From Stylophora pistillata (taxonomy: Eukaryota): DNA of 54,094 nt. The number at the start of each line of letters is the position of its first letter. Positions within the stretch are counted from its first letter, which is position 1. The notes under the pieces were generated by a model that worked only from the letters and a program-made list of their open reading frames with translations, was not told the DNA's origin and did no database searches. A program made the translations under genes and the position numbers. Shown one piece after another: positions 36,505-49,767 of the stretch. Where the stretch lies: positions 250,884 through 304,977 of the forward strand of contig NW_019218149.1 of assembly GCF_002571385.2 (NCBI RefSeq). Reading direction: 5' to 3'.

Positions 36505-38493
36505 NNNNNNNNNNNNNNNNNNNNNNNNNNNNNNNNNNNNNNNNNNNNNNNNNNNNNNNNNNNNNNNNNNNNNNNNNNNNNNNNNNNNNNNNNNNNNNNN
36601 NNNNNNNNNNNNNNNNNNNNNNNNNNNNNNNNNNNNNNNNNNNNNNNNNNNNNNNNNNNNNNNNNNNNNNNNNNNNNNNNNNNNNNNNNNNNNNNNNNNN
36701 NNNNNNNNNNNNNNNNNNNNNNNNNNNNNNNNNNNNNNNNNNNNNNNNNNNNNNNNNNNNNNNNNNNNNNNNNNNNNNNNNNNNNNNNNNNNNNNNNNNN
36801 NNNNNNNNNNNNNNNNNNNNNNNNNNNNNNNNNNNNNNNNNNNNNNNNNNNNNNNNNNNNNNNNNNNNNNNNNNNNNNNNNNNNNNNNNNNNNNNNNNNN
36901 NNNNNNNNNNNNNNNNNNNNNNNNNNNNNNNNNNNNNNNNNNNNNNNNNNNNNNNNNNNNNNNNNNNNNNNNNNNNNNNNNNNNNNNNNNNNNNNNNNNN
37001 NNNNNNNNNNNNNNNNNNNNNNNNNNNNNNNNNNNNNNNNNNNNNNNNNNNNNNNNNNNNNNNNNNNNNNNNNNNNNNNNNNNNNNNNNNNNNNNNNNNN
37101 NNNNNNNNNNNNNNNNNNNNNNNNNNNNNNNNNNNNNNNNNNNNNNNNNNNNNNNNNNNNNNNNNNNNNNNNNNNNNNNNNNNNNNNNNNNNNNNNNNNN
37201 NNNNNNNNNNNNNNNNNNNNNNNNNNNNNNNNNNNNNNNNNNNNNNNNNNNNNNNNNNNNNNNNNNNNNNNNNNNNNNNNNNNNAGATTACTGTGCGATG
37301 GATGTCCTCCCCTGGGGTGGGATGGGTGGGTTTATTGGGCCCGCAGTAATCGGCGCAAGCTGTTGCGGTGTCCCTGCCGGTTGGCGAAGCTGAATAAATC
37401 AATAAATCATAAATCAAGGCTCAGCGGATTTAGCACTTACAAAATTACAAAACAATATTTACTGGAATACAACTTTCACTGCCAACAAGCGATCGGATCG
37501 ACGAAAGGCCTGCAAACCACTGCAAAAGGTAAGTCATTTCTTGTTATCAATGAAGTGGGTCAGGGATGACGTCAGGCTTCAGGCCACTGATGTCACGAGG
37601 CACACGTGGTACTTTAATTCCCCGGCTTTTATTACGTAAGGTTAATGAATTTCTCCCAAAATTAGCGTTATTAATGTACTTATACCAAGCGCCAAAGAGA
37701 AAATGCATGAACATGATGAAGAACTTGAGATTTATGAGAATGCTTTTAAAAACTACTTTTAAATGAAAGGGTTCGATGATTATGTCTTTATATCATTAAA
37801 ACTCATTTCATGTCGTATTTGTGTTTTTAAGCGGTCTCTTTTAGGGGTCAAAATTTGCTTAAGCCACGCGCAGATTGGTCTCCGTTAGGGGTCACAAAAA
37901 GCTTGAGCAACGCCCAGATGGTCTCCTTTAGGGGTTAAATTCAAAATTTCCGGCGAGCATCCCCGTCTGTTTCATATGGGAGTTCCTCCCCCCCCCCCCC
38001 TTCAAAAGAGAAATGGTCGGCCCCTTACAACTTTCAGCTGTTTTGAAGAACTCTGCATGGCTCGTGCAAAGCATGCGCACGTAAATATCTTGTGTATATT
38101 ACGCTTTAATTTGTTAAAGATTTGTAATAAATAAAGCCTAATTTGAAGAAACTTTTTCCGAGCTATGTGACATCTACCTAAAAATGTTTCTATTTAACCC
38201 CTAAAAGCAATTTTAGTTGACGAACTCTATCCCACAAAATCTATATAGGTACATCAGTGCAGTCATTGTGAAGTCATAATAAGGTCTATAGTCAATATTA
38301 TTAACAATAAAGTATGTTTGTAACACCAAGTTTTCTAAATGCACATTGAAAGAGATCCCTGGATTTGGTATAAGGAATTTTTAAAAAATGTAACCCGGGC
38401 GACAAACGCAATTCCGAAAGCGAGATATTCAATGTTCAGGTTATTTGTACAAAGCCACCTTGTGCTAGTTTGAAAGTTTATCGCATTGTATTC

Positions 38494-38852
38494 GGGAGTT
38501 TAAGAAAATGACGACGGCGACGTCGTGGACAACGTCGGTTAAAAAATAACATATTTTACCTATCAATCTCGCGATACACTTAAGTCATGTAGCTTGTTTT
38601 TCACTGTCAAAACTATCTCAACACTAAGGTACACAGCGTTCAATTAGAAATTGAAATATAAAAAATGAGCCGTCCTAGATCACGTTTTCTAGACAACGCA
38701 AAGTTTAGTCATTTCACGTTGTTGTTTTGCAGAGAACGCAAAGAAATTCACGAAGATTCATTACGCACGTGCACAACCATTGTTCTGCTCATTAAACCTT
38801 TTGTTTAGCGACGTTCTCGTTGCCGTTGCCGTCGTGGTTTTCTTAAATCTCT
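38494..38852. mobile_element. MITE with terminal inverted repeats (PIF/Harbinger-like)
   Basis: GAGTTTAAGAAAATGACGACGGCGACG at the left end pairs with CGTTGCCGTCGTGGTTTTCTTAAATCTC at the right end. Confidence 0.6.
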
Positions 38853-38912
38853 AATATTGTCTCCTTAAGCTGATATTTTACCCTTTATATGTAACAATAT
38901 TCAGTTGTCAAC

Positions 38913-40042
38913 TTACAGCCACTCACCCCCTCGGTCAAGGGAGTCTTTCCTGTCCGTGTAAGTGACCGAATCTTTCCTGTCCGTGTAACTGACCACATCT
39001 GATCCCGGGGGAGAGGTAGACGGGGTAGATTCCTTATTTTTCCCCGCGGTACGTAGTCGATCCACTGCCGACGGAAACAATCCAGCCTCGACCAACCCAA
39101 GGCCAGAATCATAACGAGGCAAAGTTGCCCCATCTGTGTGTATAGTGGGCGTCGATCCATAGTTGTTCTCCTTTGGCACTTCATTCATCTCGTATTTCGG
39201 CGGCATGGACGCTCGGTACCCATTCGGACGTCGGCTCTTTGGGTCGAACTCTTCCGAAAACGACTCGGACAAATTCTCCACACTAAACAACTCTCTTTTC
39301 ACGAGGCACTGGCATTTGAGGTAGTGCAACAAATGACGTTTGAATTCCGGGTTGTAGATGAAGAACAAAATGGGATTTATGATCGTTATTGCATACGTGA
39401 AGATGTACACGATGTTAAATACGTCTCGGAAGTAAAGTTTCTTTTCGCCATTTGCGAAATCCAAGATGAGCCACATGATCTGATGAGGGAGTAAAAAGAC
39501 GGCGAACACGATGACGTGGGCTACCATCATCCGGATGATTCTGTGGTGACGTTCTCGCCGGGCGGCGCGTTCAGGATCCAGGACCCTATAACTGAAATTT
39601 TAAGAGGCACATATCAGCCAATCAGCGGCTTGCTTAACTTTAATTTCTAATTAGCTGATTGGCTCATTTTAAGTTCTCATTGGCCCCTTGTAAAATTTTC
39701 TCTCATTTGATTGGCCAGTGTGATTACTTGGAGTTACACCACTCAATCGAAAAACGCTCTAGCAAGCAAAAGATGATGGTTATGATTTCATAATTCATTT
39801 TATTAACGGGGCCGTCATATGAGAACCGGAAGAGCTTGGCTCCCGAGAATGGCTGGCGAGCAATCTCTCTGCTGGGATGGAGAAGAAAAGGAAAGAGGAA
39901 ACCTCTTTCCTTCATTTCCCTTCCCCCTCCGCCCTGAAGATCTTCCTCACACCCAGAGGATAATATCGATCGCCATTACAGAGATAGCGATAAAGCCCAT
40001 TTACCAAGATGGTAAGAGTAAGCGGGTAAGAAAGCTTCTCCT

Positions 40043-40093
<51 letters not shown>

Positions 40094-42475
40094 TATTATT
40101 TGCCTTATTTTAACAATAAAAATATTTAATTACGGCGATAACGGTTAGAAGGCGAGGAGACCCAAGAAGTCACCGGGCTTATGGGAGAGCCACCTCACTT
40201 ACAATAATAAATCAGGTAAAGAAAAAGTGCTGCGAATGTGCAGCTTGGCCAATTTAGTGATTATTTAAGCAAAAACTCTTGCCATTTCGTCTTAAAACTG
40301 AGAAAGTTTGACGAACGAGTGACTGAAATAGGGAGAGAGTTCCAAATTTTAGGACCTTGGTAGAGAATTGTAAATTGCTTGACATTTGTACGGCACAAAT
40401 GCGTTCGACAATTACTGGCTGGTCTGGTACCATAGTTGTAAATTTGGCTATTCCTTACAAAAAGATTGAGAAGCAATGGGGCAATAAGTTATTTTCTCCA
40501 GAATGAAGAATAATGGTCCAGATCTTGAAGACCTTTCTCCCAGATTCGTATCAACAAATAACTCATTCTGTGGTCTAAAAGATAAAATGTGATATCATAA
40601 GGATTTCGGAAGTAAAGCAACTGTTTATCACCTTTGAAGACGTCCCCAGACCATCACGTAGATGACGAACAAAGCGATAAGTGGAAGGGCGTAATCCAAT
40701 AGAAACAGAGAGATGGTGTAAGCTTGGCGGCTTCCATCCGAGCTCCAATACTCGTCACATGTTTTGTTAATGTAGTTGTAATCCAAGATCAGGACATAAG
40801 GGACGACTGTGATGATGCTGGTGATCCAAATCACGAATGTGAGTACGACTGCAAGGATGAACTTCATTTGACCAAACAGGTTTCTGTAACAAAGAAAAAA
40901 AGAGCAAAGTCAAAATGCTATGCAGCTGTGGAGGGATCATTGCTGGAACCGAGGTCCCACCCTCCCCCAAGGCCGCGCTAATTGTTTTTCAGCTGAGACA
41001 ACTGGGTTCAAGAAGGGAAAAAAAAGTGACTCTCAGTCCTTATTTATCGCCTGAGGGGTGGGGGTGGGAAGATTTGGGGAGATCACGTAGCTTTTCTAGG
41101 AGGGAGGAGGACGGAGGTAGATCAGTCGTCACTAACAAGAGAATAAAGGACGGAATAAAATATATTGACAAGCAACGAGGGGGGGAGCTCTAGAATGATA
41201 CAAAGCCTTGGGGTGGGGTGGGAGTAAATTTAAACAGTATTTATTTGACGTCCTAAATTTAACCAAGCAACTTCTAGAAGATTACGTATGATGCACGATC
41301 CTCGCAGTAGATAGCGCTATTTAAGCAATAGCGAAAATCAGACCTGAAAAAAATCAGGCCTGTACGGGATTCGAACCACTGACCTCTGCGATACTAGTGC
41401 AGCGCTCTACCAATTGAGCTAACAAGCCAACTGGGAGCAGGCCGTTAAGTTGATTCGTAATAAACCCGTGAAAGTGATAAATCAGATACAATGAAATATA
41501 TGAAGTTCATATATTTTGAACTGCGGTATTAGATACGTATGATGCACGATCCTCGCAGTAGATAGCGCTATTTAAGCAATAGCGAAAATCAGACCTGAAA
41601 AAAATCAGGCCTGTACGGGATTCGAACCACTGACCTCTGCGATACTAGTGCAGCGCTCTACCAATTGAGCTAACAAGCCAACTGGGAGCAGGCCGTTAAG
41701 TTGATTCGTAATAAACCCGTGAAAGTGATAAATCAGATACAATGAAATATATGAAGTTCATATATTTTGAACTGCGGTATTAGATACGTATGATGCACGA
41801 TCCTCGCAGTAGATAGCGCTATTTAAGCAATAGCGAAAATCAGACCTGAAAAAAATCAGGCCTGTACGGGATTCGAACCACTGACCTCTGCGATACTAGT
41901 GCAGCGCTCTACCAATTGAGCTAACAAGCCAACTGGGAGCAGGCCGTTAAGTTGATTCGTAATAAACCCGTGAAAGTGATAAATCAGATACAATGAAATA
42001 TATGAACTTCATATATTTCATTGTATCTGATCTAGAAGATTATGGGTATCTTCGTTCTCAATACCACCACTAGAGAGTCACGCACTCACCTTGACACGCC
42101 ATACCATCGATGATAAGCCAGAGCCACATACGTGAACACCATAGCCTGTAACGCAACCGTCTGTAACGGATAAAGAATCTTACAGCCCCCGGCTCCAAAA
42201 GGCCACTTGTCGGAGTCTTGCGACACTGCATCAAATGGAATCGAGGCCACCACCAGAACGAGGCCAGACATGCCAAGGTTCTGCATCAGTATAATAAAAC
42301 TCTTGGCAGTTTTTCTGTGACGGCGAAACTTTCTCCACAGCGTTAAGAGCATAAAGGTGTTCGCCAGGACGCTAACTATGAAGATCGTAATGTACATGAC
42401 AAGTTTGAAGACGCGAAGGCCTTCCTGAACAGCAGCAGACTCAGTAGGAGGAGGTTCTGTGGTGGAGACGACCAT
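38913..42475 (-). CDS. Class A GPCR, neuropeptide-receptor-like, 3 coding exons, 438 aa
   Basis: Exons 42090-42475, 40632-40883, 38913-39591 (1317 nt, in phase). Motifs: ANTF (TM1), WPFGAGGCK (ECL1), LAYHRW (TM3), CDEYW (ECL2), YALPL (TM5), LLPHQI (TM6), NPILF (TM7). Confidence 0.88.
40045..40500 (-). mobile_element. LINE 3' fragment with adjacent (CAT)n microsatellite
   Basis: Peptide HLCRTNVKQFTILYQGPKIWNSLP is typical of CR1/L2 ORF2 C-termini. About 16 CAT units at 40045-40092. Confidence 0.7.
41356..41428 (-). tRNA. tRNA-Thr(AGT)-like pseudogene, copy 1
   Basis: 73-nt cloverleaf with 7-bp acceptor GGCTTGT/ACAGGCC, D stem GCTC/GAGC, anticodon loop CTAGTAT, and intact A and B boxes. The T stem has two mismatches. 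Confidence 0.6.
41607..41679 (-). tRNA. tRNA-Thr(AGT)-like pseudogene, copy 2
   Basis: Same sequence as copy 1. Confidence 0.6.
41858..41930 (-). tRNA. tRNA-Thr(AGT)-like pseudogene, copy 3
   Basis: Same sequence as copy 1. Confidence 0.6.
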
Positions 42476-45400
42476 GATGACCAGTGACCTGCTTGGAAAG
42501 ATCGAGGCGTTTATTCGCTACTTTAGGGATTTCCTTCCACGATGGGGAACAAAGAACTCACTCTAACAACCTGCCTAGTTCCCAAAGTAAGACTTCGCAG
42601 CTCAGTTGGTCACGTCACCCGACAGGGCTATCGGGAAAGTCAGTTTCCTTCTCATTCGAGACCTTTGAATTTCTTTGAATTTCAGGCTGTACTTTCAGCA
42701 ATTTCTTTCATTGCAAATTAAGCGTCAGGTTCAATTCATTTACCACTTCTCTAAGACTTTCCCACAGAACTGACAAGGCTGTTTCTCGTTTTCGAAACGA
42801 TTAGCCGGGGATTACTTCCTCTGGAATATAAGGTTTGATAAGTGAATACTGAAGAGGTCACACACGTTTATTATTTACTTTTCGTCTGGCAATTGAACTT
42901 ATTTGACGAGATCCCAGTCAGCTAACAACGATTACGAGGCTTAAATCCTCTCCGTCTTTCGTTTAATGACAAACACTTGTAATGGTATTCAAATGAACTC
43001 GAATGAATGGAAAACCTTAGACCAAAAAATTATTTCTGAGAGGGAAAAACTTGATTGTTAAAATCAAATGGAAGGAAGGAAAAGTGCCGTGGAAAAAATT
43101 GAGTCACGTCGCGTGCAAAAATTACTCTTCTTCCAAAATAAGATTTACAGCAAACCGGAAAACTACCTGAAATCGCTTTGAAATAATTCCCTTTAATAAC
43201 AGTACAATACTATATTGTTCTTTATGCCTTGATAGATCACCACAGTAAAAGTAAATGGCATCTGCGGTAAATTAAATAATTGGATATGGATGAAACTATT
43301 ACTCTATTAAGTGCTCAGTCGCAGTCATGACCACACAAACAATAAGAGCAGGAAATAAAAAGCACTCGATAGAAGTTTTTATCCTTAGTTTTAGAAATAG
43401 CACACTTCGCTTCTCCGGCTGTTTTACAACAGAAGCCTAGCTTAGTTTCCGGAAAACATTGGCCCGAAGATTATCTGTCATTCCACCTACCTCAGAAAGG
43501 AAGTGTATAACTTGAATTTAAGAGTTCTTTTGCAACAAAAACTCAGTATAAAGGGCAATCTATTTCCGCCAAATAATGTAAACTGTATTTTCTAACTCTG
43601 ATCGTCACAAACACAGATAGCGTTTGTACGTGCTATGAGCTATAGAAAAGGTTTCAAAATTGCTTAGGGTTAGCAGTTCTATACAGCACATCTGGACGTC
43701 TTTCAATTCACTTGGCGGTCGATCAACAACGCCTTTTTAAAATCAATGCCAGGTGATTTAAGGACAAGAACCAGCAAGTCCATAAAACTTAATTTATTCG
43801 GTTCAGTTTACCGATAAACATGCCAAATTGATTCGAAAAAGAGAATACATCACACGAAAAATTCAAAAGAATTCCAAGTGAATAATTCGAAAAGGCCGAC
43901 GGACTTCCACTATTTTCTCATCCACGTATTTCATTTGTTATTTAAAAAAATTTTCTAAGACTCGTAAATAGCCGGGTGAAATGTTGAGAAAATAGAAAAT
44001 TAGCTCTTCTACAATTTCCTATTTCGCCTAAAAAAAATAAAGTTAAAAAAACCACGGGTCATAAACATTTCCAGACTTACCTATCAAGGTTTATTCAAGG
44101 AAAGGACGAGGAGAGTTGCTAGCTATCGTCTTATGGTCCATCTCATCTCGCTATCATTGTAACCAAATTGCTTATCGCTGCCGCACAAGAAAATCCTAGC
44201 TTGCTACTTTTCATGGTCGTACCGCTGGCCTTTAGTGGAGAAAACCTCTTTGAAAGCTGATGTAAATATTATCTTGATGGCGTGGTGCAAAACAAGCCGT
44301 AAACATTATTCTAATATACCGTTATGGTGTTTACAGACTGCATAGTTATTAACCGGCATTAGTTATTAACCTTTGTCATGTGTCTATAAAGATGACGGGA
44401 GCCCCCTACCCAAGGACGAAGATCTGAAGAACTGCTGGCATTCAAGACTTTTTCCTCTTAAATTTGAGGAACTAAAAATACTACCACGCGAAGAAACATG
44501 TCTGAGCAAACCCCCAAAAATTTCCCCCGAAGGCGAAAAAGCTGCCATTTCAAAAATGTATATAAAGTTCTACTATACGAAGATTTTGCAACGGAAGTGA
44601 ACTCTTAAAATTGACTCAAAATTATGTCACCGTAAGATAGAAGGTTGAAATCTACATGGTAGAAGCACGCATTAGCTTTCTAACATTGCGTGATTGTCGG
44701 ACGAAAAGAGATTTGAAATAAGATATCTCTGAATAACAACATGTAAAATGCGACAAATTGTAAGAATGCAGGACGATAAGTTAATCTTCACCAAATAGCC
44801 GGTCTACGTGTACTATTAAATATTTCCAAACCATATTTTTCTCTGTGAGATAAACTATTTTCGAGATTTGAAACAAACTGAGGAGAGAAAAAATTTCTCA
44901 CTTATGCATTAAGATGAACATCTAGCACAAAAAAGGCGTATTGTTGATTATTGAGGCTGTCACCTGTATGGTGTCATATGTAAAGTACATGCTTTTAGCA
45001 AAAATTGTCAGTTCCCGGTTGACTCAAGAAGGAAATTGTGCTGTCTTTTCTGATCAAACTACCTTCTTAAACCTGTATTTACATTAAAAAGGACTTAACA
45101 GTGTTTCCTTGTTACGATCTTTGGGTAAAGTCGACTTGAAAGGCGAAATGCGAAGTATATCTAAACGCTTACTGCTCTCAGAGCTTCTCGTTAAATGTAA
45201 ACCTGGCACTTATCTAAAGGCACAGCATCAAATACATAGATATCTTTATGTTCTCAAAGAGCTTAACTTCGAAGAAGCAAACCTGGCAAGTGTACAAATA
45301 TGTTCACGGTATGAAAATAACTCAACTCTTGCTTTCTCAATTCGCTCGCAGTTTGCTAGATTCAAGAACAGATGCATTTGAGGCAGACTCGTCAACTCGC

Positions 45401-47867
45401 TGGAAGGGCTCGAATTTTCAATCTACCTCCGGCACCAAAACATCAAAGTTGAACATAGAATGATACTTACTGTACTCACGATTTTCCTACGTCGAAATGT
45501 TTATGAAAAATAGAGGCAAAGTAGAGATTTAGGCAGAACTTTGTAAGGACTCTTGTGACAATACATCAATACCTCAATGCGTCAAATACTTCCACGCATT
45601 CATGCAGGGTTCAATTTGCGCGGCGCCGGGATCAAATAACACGCTAAGACATTGACGGGGCACTAAATCTGTCAAGTTTCATATGGTGACGTCTTCAGAA
45701 AAATATTTACATTCGAACGTAGCATTATGTCTGTAAGAAATGAATAAATATTGTCTGTGTATCTAAAGAAAAACGCCGTGAAAAGCATAATATTATGAAT
45801 TGGATAAGGAAAAACTAAGGAAAATAACTCTTCAATGAACAAAGAAACTATTTTTTCTCCACATACGGTCCTAACGATCTACAACAACGCTACATCCTCG
45901 ATATTTATCAAGCCATTAGACGTGACCTTAAACATTAAAAACCTCGTTAAATGAACAACAAAAACAGCAAGCTTCCTAAGAAAGAAAAATATTTGTCAGG
46001 TTAAATCTTAAAACTTGAATCATGCCCTTTCTAATTTCTTGGGGAGGGGGAGACAAAGTTCACTGAAGCAGCATGGGTGGGGTAGGAAGCTGGTCAAACG
46101 ATACCACGAGAGAATTCAGAGTCCTGCTCTGATCAAAATCCAAAGTCACTATTCCATGTCACACCATCCCCAGTAGTCTCCCACGTTACCGTTTTTGGGG
46201 AGAGGACGCGTTGGACGACAAGACCAAAAAGCTGTGATGGAGACTACTATCCCCTGGAGGGAATTGCAATACTCGGGAAGATGCAATGAATTCAAAACAG
46301 CCCTCCCCCCCACCCTCTCACGAGGGAACTTTCAGATAAAAAAAGATAATAGGTAAGTAGTGATTGTTAACTGTTTCTCGCATCAATTTAATAATCACGT
46401 TCTCCTCCTGAAACCTGAGCAAAACAGAAAACATCCGGTTTAGAATTCTTAGAAGTCATAACATCCTCAAAGTCTGCCGTCACGTTTCTAAGTTAACAAA
46501 TACAAATTGAAGGTATTTCACGATGATATCGTTACGAAAGTGTTTTTCCATTATTCACAGTATCTTACAAAAATACACTTTTTTGCGTTCGCCTAGGTTT
46601 CTTAATTAAGAGCAGTCACGGTTTTTTCTCTGAACGATGTACGTACTTTTTAACGGGATTTCAGAGAGCGCAAGAGGTAAGAGGTAGTAAATAAACCATT
46701 TTATTGGTTTTGTATGAACCGGCTTCCTGGAAATTCTTGAAATTTGACTTTGCCACCTATGTCATTCGTGCAGCAATGTTTAGCAGGAACTCGATCTTAA
46801 GGAAAAACAACCAAAGTTACAGTGAAGGAAAAGGCATAGAAGGACTACATCCTTGTTCCCAGTGCTGCTCGGTAAAAACAGGAAGAATATCACTTTCTGT
46901 TACTTCTAAGAATTATACTTCCTCGTTTCCAGGGCTCACTGCAAGAGTCAGAGAGTGAGCGACTGGTACAGAAAAGGTTTCAATTCTCCTTTTTCACGAC
47001 TCTTGTTTGTTAAAAAGGCAACTAAATCGATCTCCTAGTAGGATGCTTCCTTCTCTTACACAAACAATCTTGCTTCGCGAAGTTTTTGTTTAGCTCAAAA
47101 GAAAATACTGTGGATATTCTTCGATAATGAGAACTTTTCTTCACCTTCTTAATTCATCATTGCTTTTCTGAGGCCATCGGCCGACCGCATGGAATATTTC
47201 TTTACCTAACATTGACTTAAATGTAATTAATCTTAAACGTAGTCCTAGCGCAAAACATTTTAAAGGATCACTCTATAAATCAATTTTTAAAAATCAATTT
47301 ATTACACAGTCTTTTATAAATATCTAGTAGTTTTTATATCCTTTTTATATAAATTATGTTTGCTAGATTGAAGGTCAGCTTTTGATTAATTTTCTCTTGT
47401 ATTTACTTCGAGGGCCATTAGGTTATCAGTTGTCAAATGTCACCCTCTCCAATAACGTAAGTAAGTAAGTAAGGACTTTATTTATAAAGGGGGACACGTA
47501 ACAGCTGTATAGCTGACAAACCTGTGGCCCTCTAACTAGATTATACAACGTCTACTTACTTACTTACTTACTTACTTACTTCCGCCTCGTGAGGTAAGTA
47601 CTGTTTGACTGGATTTGATCACGAAGTAGAGTGCCAATTAGACTCGTACCCAGACCCTCCAAGACCAAGCGGTTCTCAGTTACAGATACACGGTAGGAAG
47701 TTGGTACGAGAAACATAGCGCTTCGGCATAAGCGTTGTTTTACTCGCGGGAAAATATGAAACCTTAAGTAATGCGAGTCGGCGAGAGAGTTATAAGTATC
47801 TTGATGACTGTAAACCTCTCCATTTGAGTCTGGATTGATTTTTTTTTTTTTTACATTTGAACAAGAG

Positions 47868-48626
47868 TACGGTGGCCCAGAAGGCTCAACGCAAACAAAA
47901 AATATACTGCAGCAAATAAAAAATATACTTCAGCAAATAAAAAAAATCAAAACGCAAAGAAAATAAGTACTGCAGCAAATAAAAAACTGCAACGCAAACA
48001 AAAGAATACTGCAGCAAATAAAAAATGCAACGCAAACAAAAAAAATTGGAACGCAACGCCAAGGAAGACGGGGTAATAGTTCTTAGTTTCCCGCCAAAAC
48101 AGCATGAACTGGAACTCGCTTTTTGTCATGGACGAAAGCCATCTGCGTAGGATTATAGAAGATTACTTTCATCAAGGGTATGAAAATGGAGTTATTATCG
48201 TTTTTGTAAAGGAACAGCATGGTACTGTCATACGTTCGCTGCAAAACATGGTTTCGGAAAGGCGAACAAGCAAAGGATGGAACGAGTGTTGACAGGAAAC
48301 TAACAACTATTACCCAGTCTTCCTTGGCGTTGCGTTCCAATTTTTTTTTTTTTGCATTTTCTCTTTTTTTTTGGTTTACGTTGCATATTTTATTTGCTGC
48401 AGTATTTTTGTGTGTGTGTGTTGCATTTTTTAATTTGCTGCGGTACTTTTTTTCCTTGCGTTTTGATTTTTTATTTGCTGCAGTATATTTTTTATCTGCT
48501 GCAGTATATTTTTTATTTGCTGCAGTATATTTTTTATTTGCTGCAGTATAGTTTTTTTTGCTGCAGTATATTTTTTATTTGCTGCAGTGTATTTTTTGTT
48601 TGCGTTGAGCCTTCTGGGCCACCGTG
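47868..48626 (+). mobile_element. Non-autonomous IS3EU-like DNA transposon with long repetitive TIRs and 6-bp TSD
   Basis: Termini TACGGTGGCCCAGAAGGCTCAACGCAAAC and GTTTGCGTTGAGCCTTCTGGGCCACCGTG. CAAGAG is duplicated at 47862-47867 and 48627-48632. Arms contain 21-bp subrepeats. Core peptide MDESHLRRIIEDYFHQGY...QHG resembles a transposase N-terminus. Confidence 0.75.
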
Positions 48627-49767
48627 CAAGAGCCATAATTGAGACAATTACTTTTACGTTGTAAGCGTAACGCAGAATTCAAACCCTTGGGCTTACTAGT
48701 CCGTAGTCCCTACTTTTCGAGCGCCTCACTCATTGTACTTCCGCAGCGCATCAACGTCAATCCCCAAAAGCTCCCCGCACCGCGCTAACATCAATTTTTT
48801 TCATTGATTTTTTTTTTATTCGCGCGACGGACTTCGCCGAAAAGGAGAGACTTCTCCTAGTCTATTGCTGCGAAGATCACTTTGTTATTCATAAGCATCT
48901 AAGTTACACAGCTGTCTCTTCAGCCGCTAGACGAGCCGACGGAAAATGTCATTTCATTTGGGACCAGAAAATTCAAATTTATAAAATGAAAGATGTTTGC
49001 GCACATTTTCAAGGTTTCCTGATCCTCTCCAATGTGCGGTTTTTTATAAGGCAGAACCACAACGAAGTCTTGGAAAAAATGTTTTTGTGAACTTCTTTTA
49101 AATCCATTGGACAGACAGAGCAGTATAATTAAAGAAAGGTCAATATTTCTTCGTCGGTCTTGCTGTCACTCAGTTGACAAAGGAGTTTGCGGTTGTTTAA
49201 TCCAAATCGATAGTTTTTTTGGCGGAAATTGACAGGAACAACAGAAAACTGATGTCATCTGGAGAGTGTGTAAAAACGCACTGTATGCACAGCATTTGGC
49301 CTGATGGTGGGACCCCTTGAAAAACTAATAAAAAAATTTAGTTCGCGTCATATCAAGACGGTCGTTTGCATAAGTAAAGCGCAAATCACTTGGAAGACTA
49401 ATTTTACAAAACCTCCAAATTTTCATGTGAGTTTGTATGTAAAAAAGACTAAGCCCCACTAAACAATAATAGCCAATCAGACTGAAGAAAATTTTATGCA
49501 AATAATCATTCACTGGGGGGGTGTCGATGGTCGTAAACACAAACTTGGCTTTCACCACGACGCTGTCTTTTAATTCGATCTTTTGGAAATGACCGAGCTT
49601 TCACTAAACGGAATAGCGATGATAACATAGGGAAAGATTGCTGTCACCTGTGATCGAAATGCTTCCACTGTACAAGAAAGGCTTTGTAAGTAATGGATAG
49701 CTCTCTTCGTTATTTTATATCCCGCACATTTGTTAGCGAATGTAACGGCGTCGAGGAATCCTCGACG

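Larger units (their letters stand above)
41285..42030 (-). mobile_element. Trimer of a 251-bp tRNA-containing unit, with 12-bp TSD and terminal hairpin
   Basis: Units start at 41285, 41536 and 41787. TCTAGAAGATTA is duplicated at 41273-41284 and 42031-42042. Confidence 0.9.

Noticed and set aside
36344-37417. ORFs of 289-349 aa
   Set aside because: They are mostly an N gap. The same applies to the ORFs at 20212-20521.
41356-41930. Functional tRNA-Thr gene cluster
   Set aside because: T-stem and anticodon-stem mismatches, identical flanks and a TSD point to a mobile repeat.
48219-48642. Hydrophobic repetitive ORFs (AAVYFLF repeats)
   Set aside because: Translation of 21-bp TIR subrepeats.
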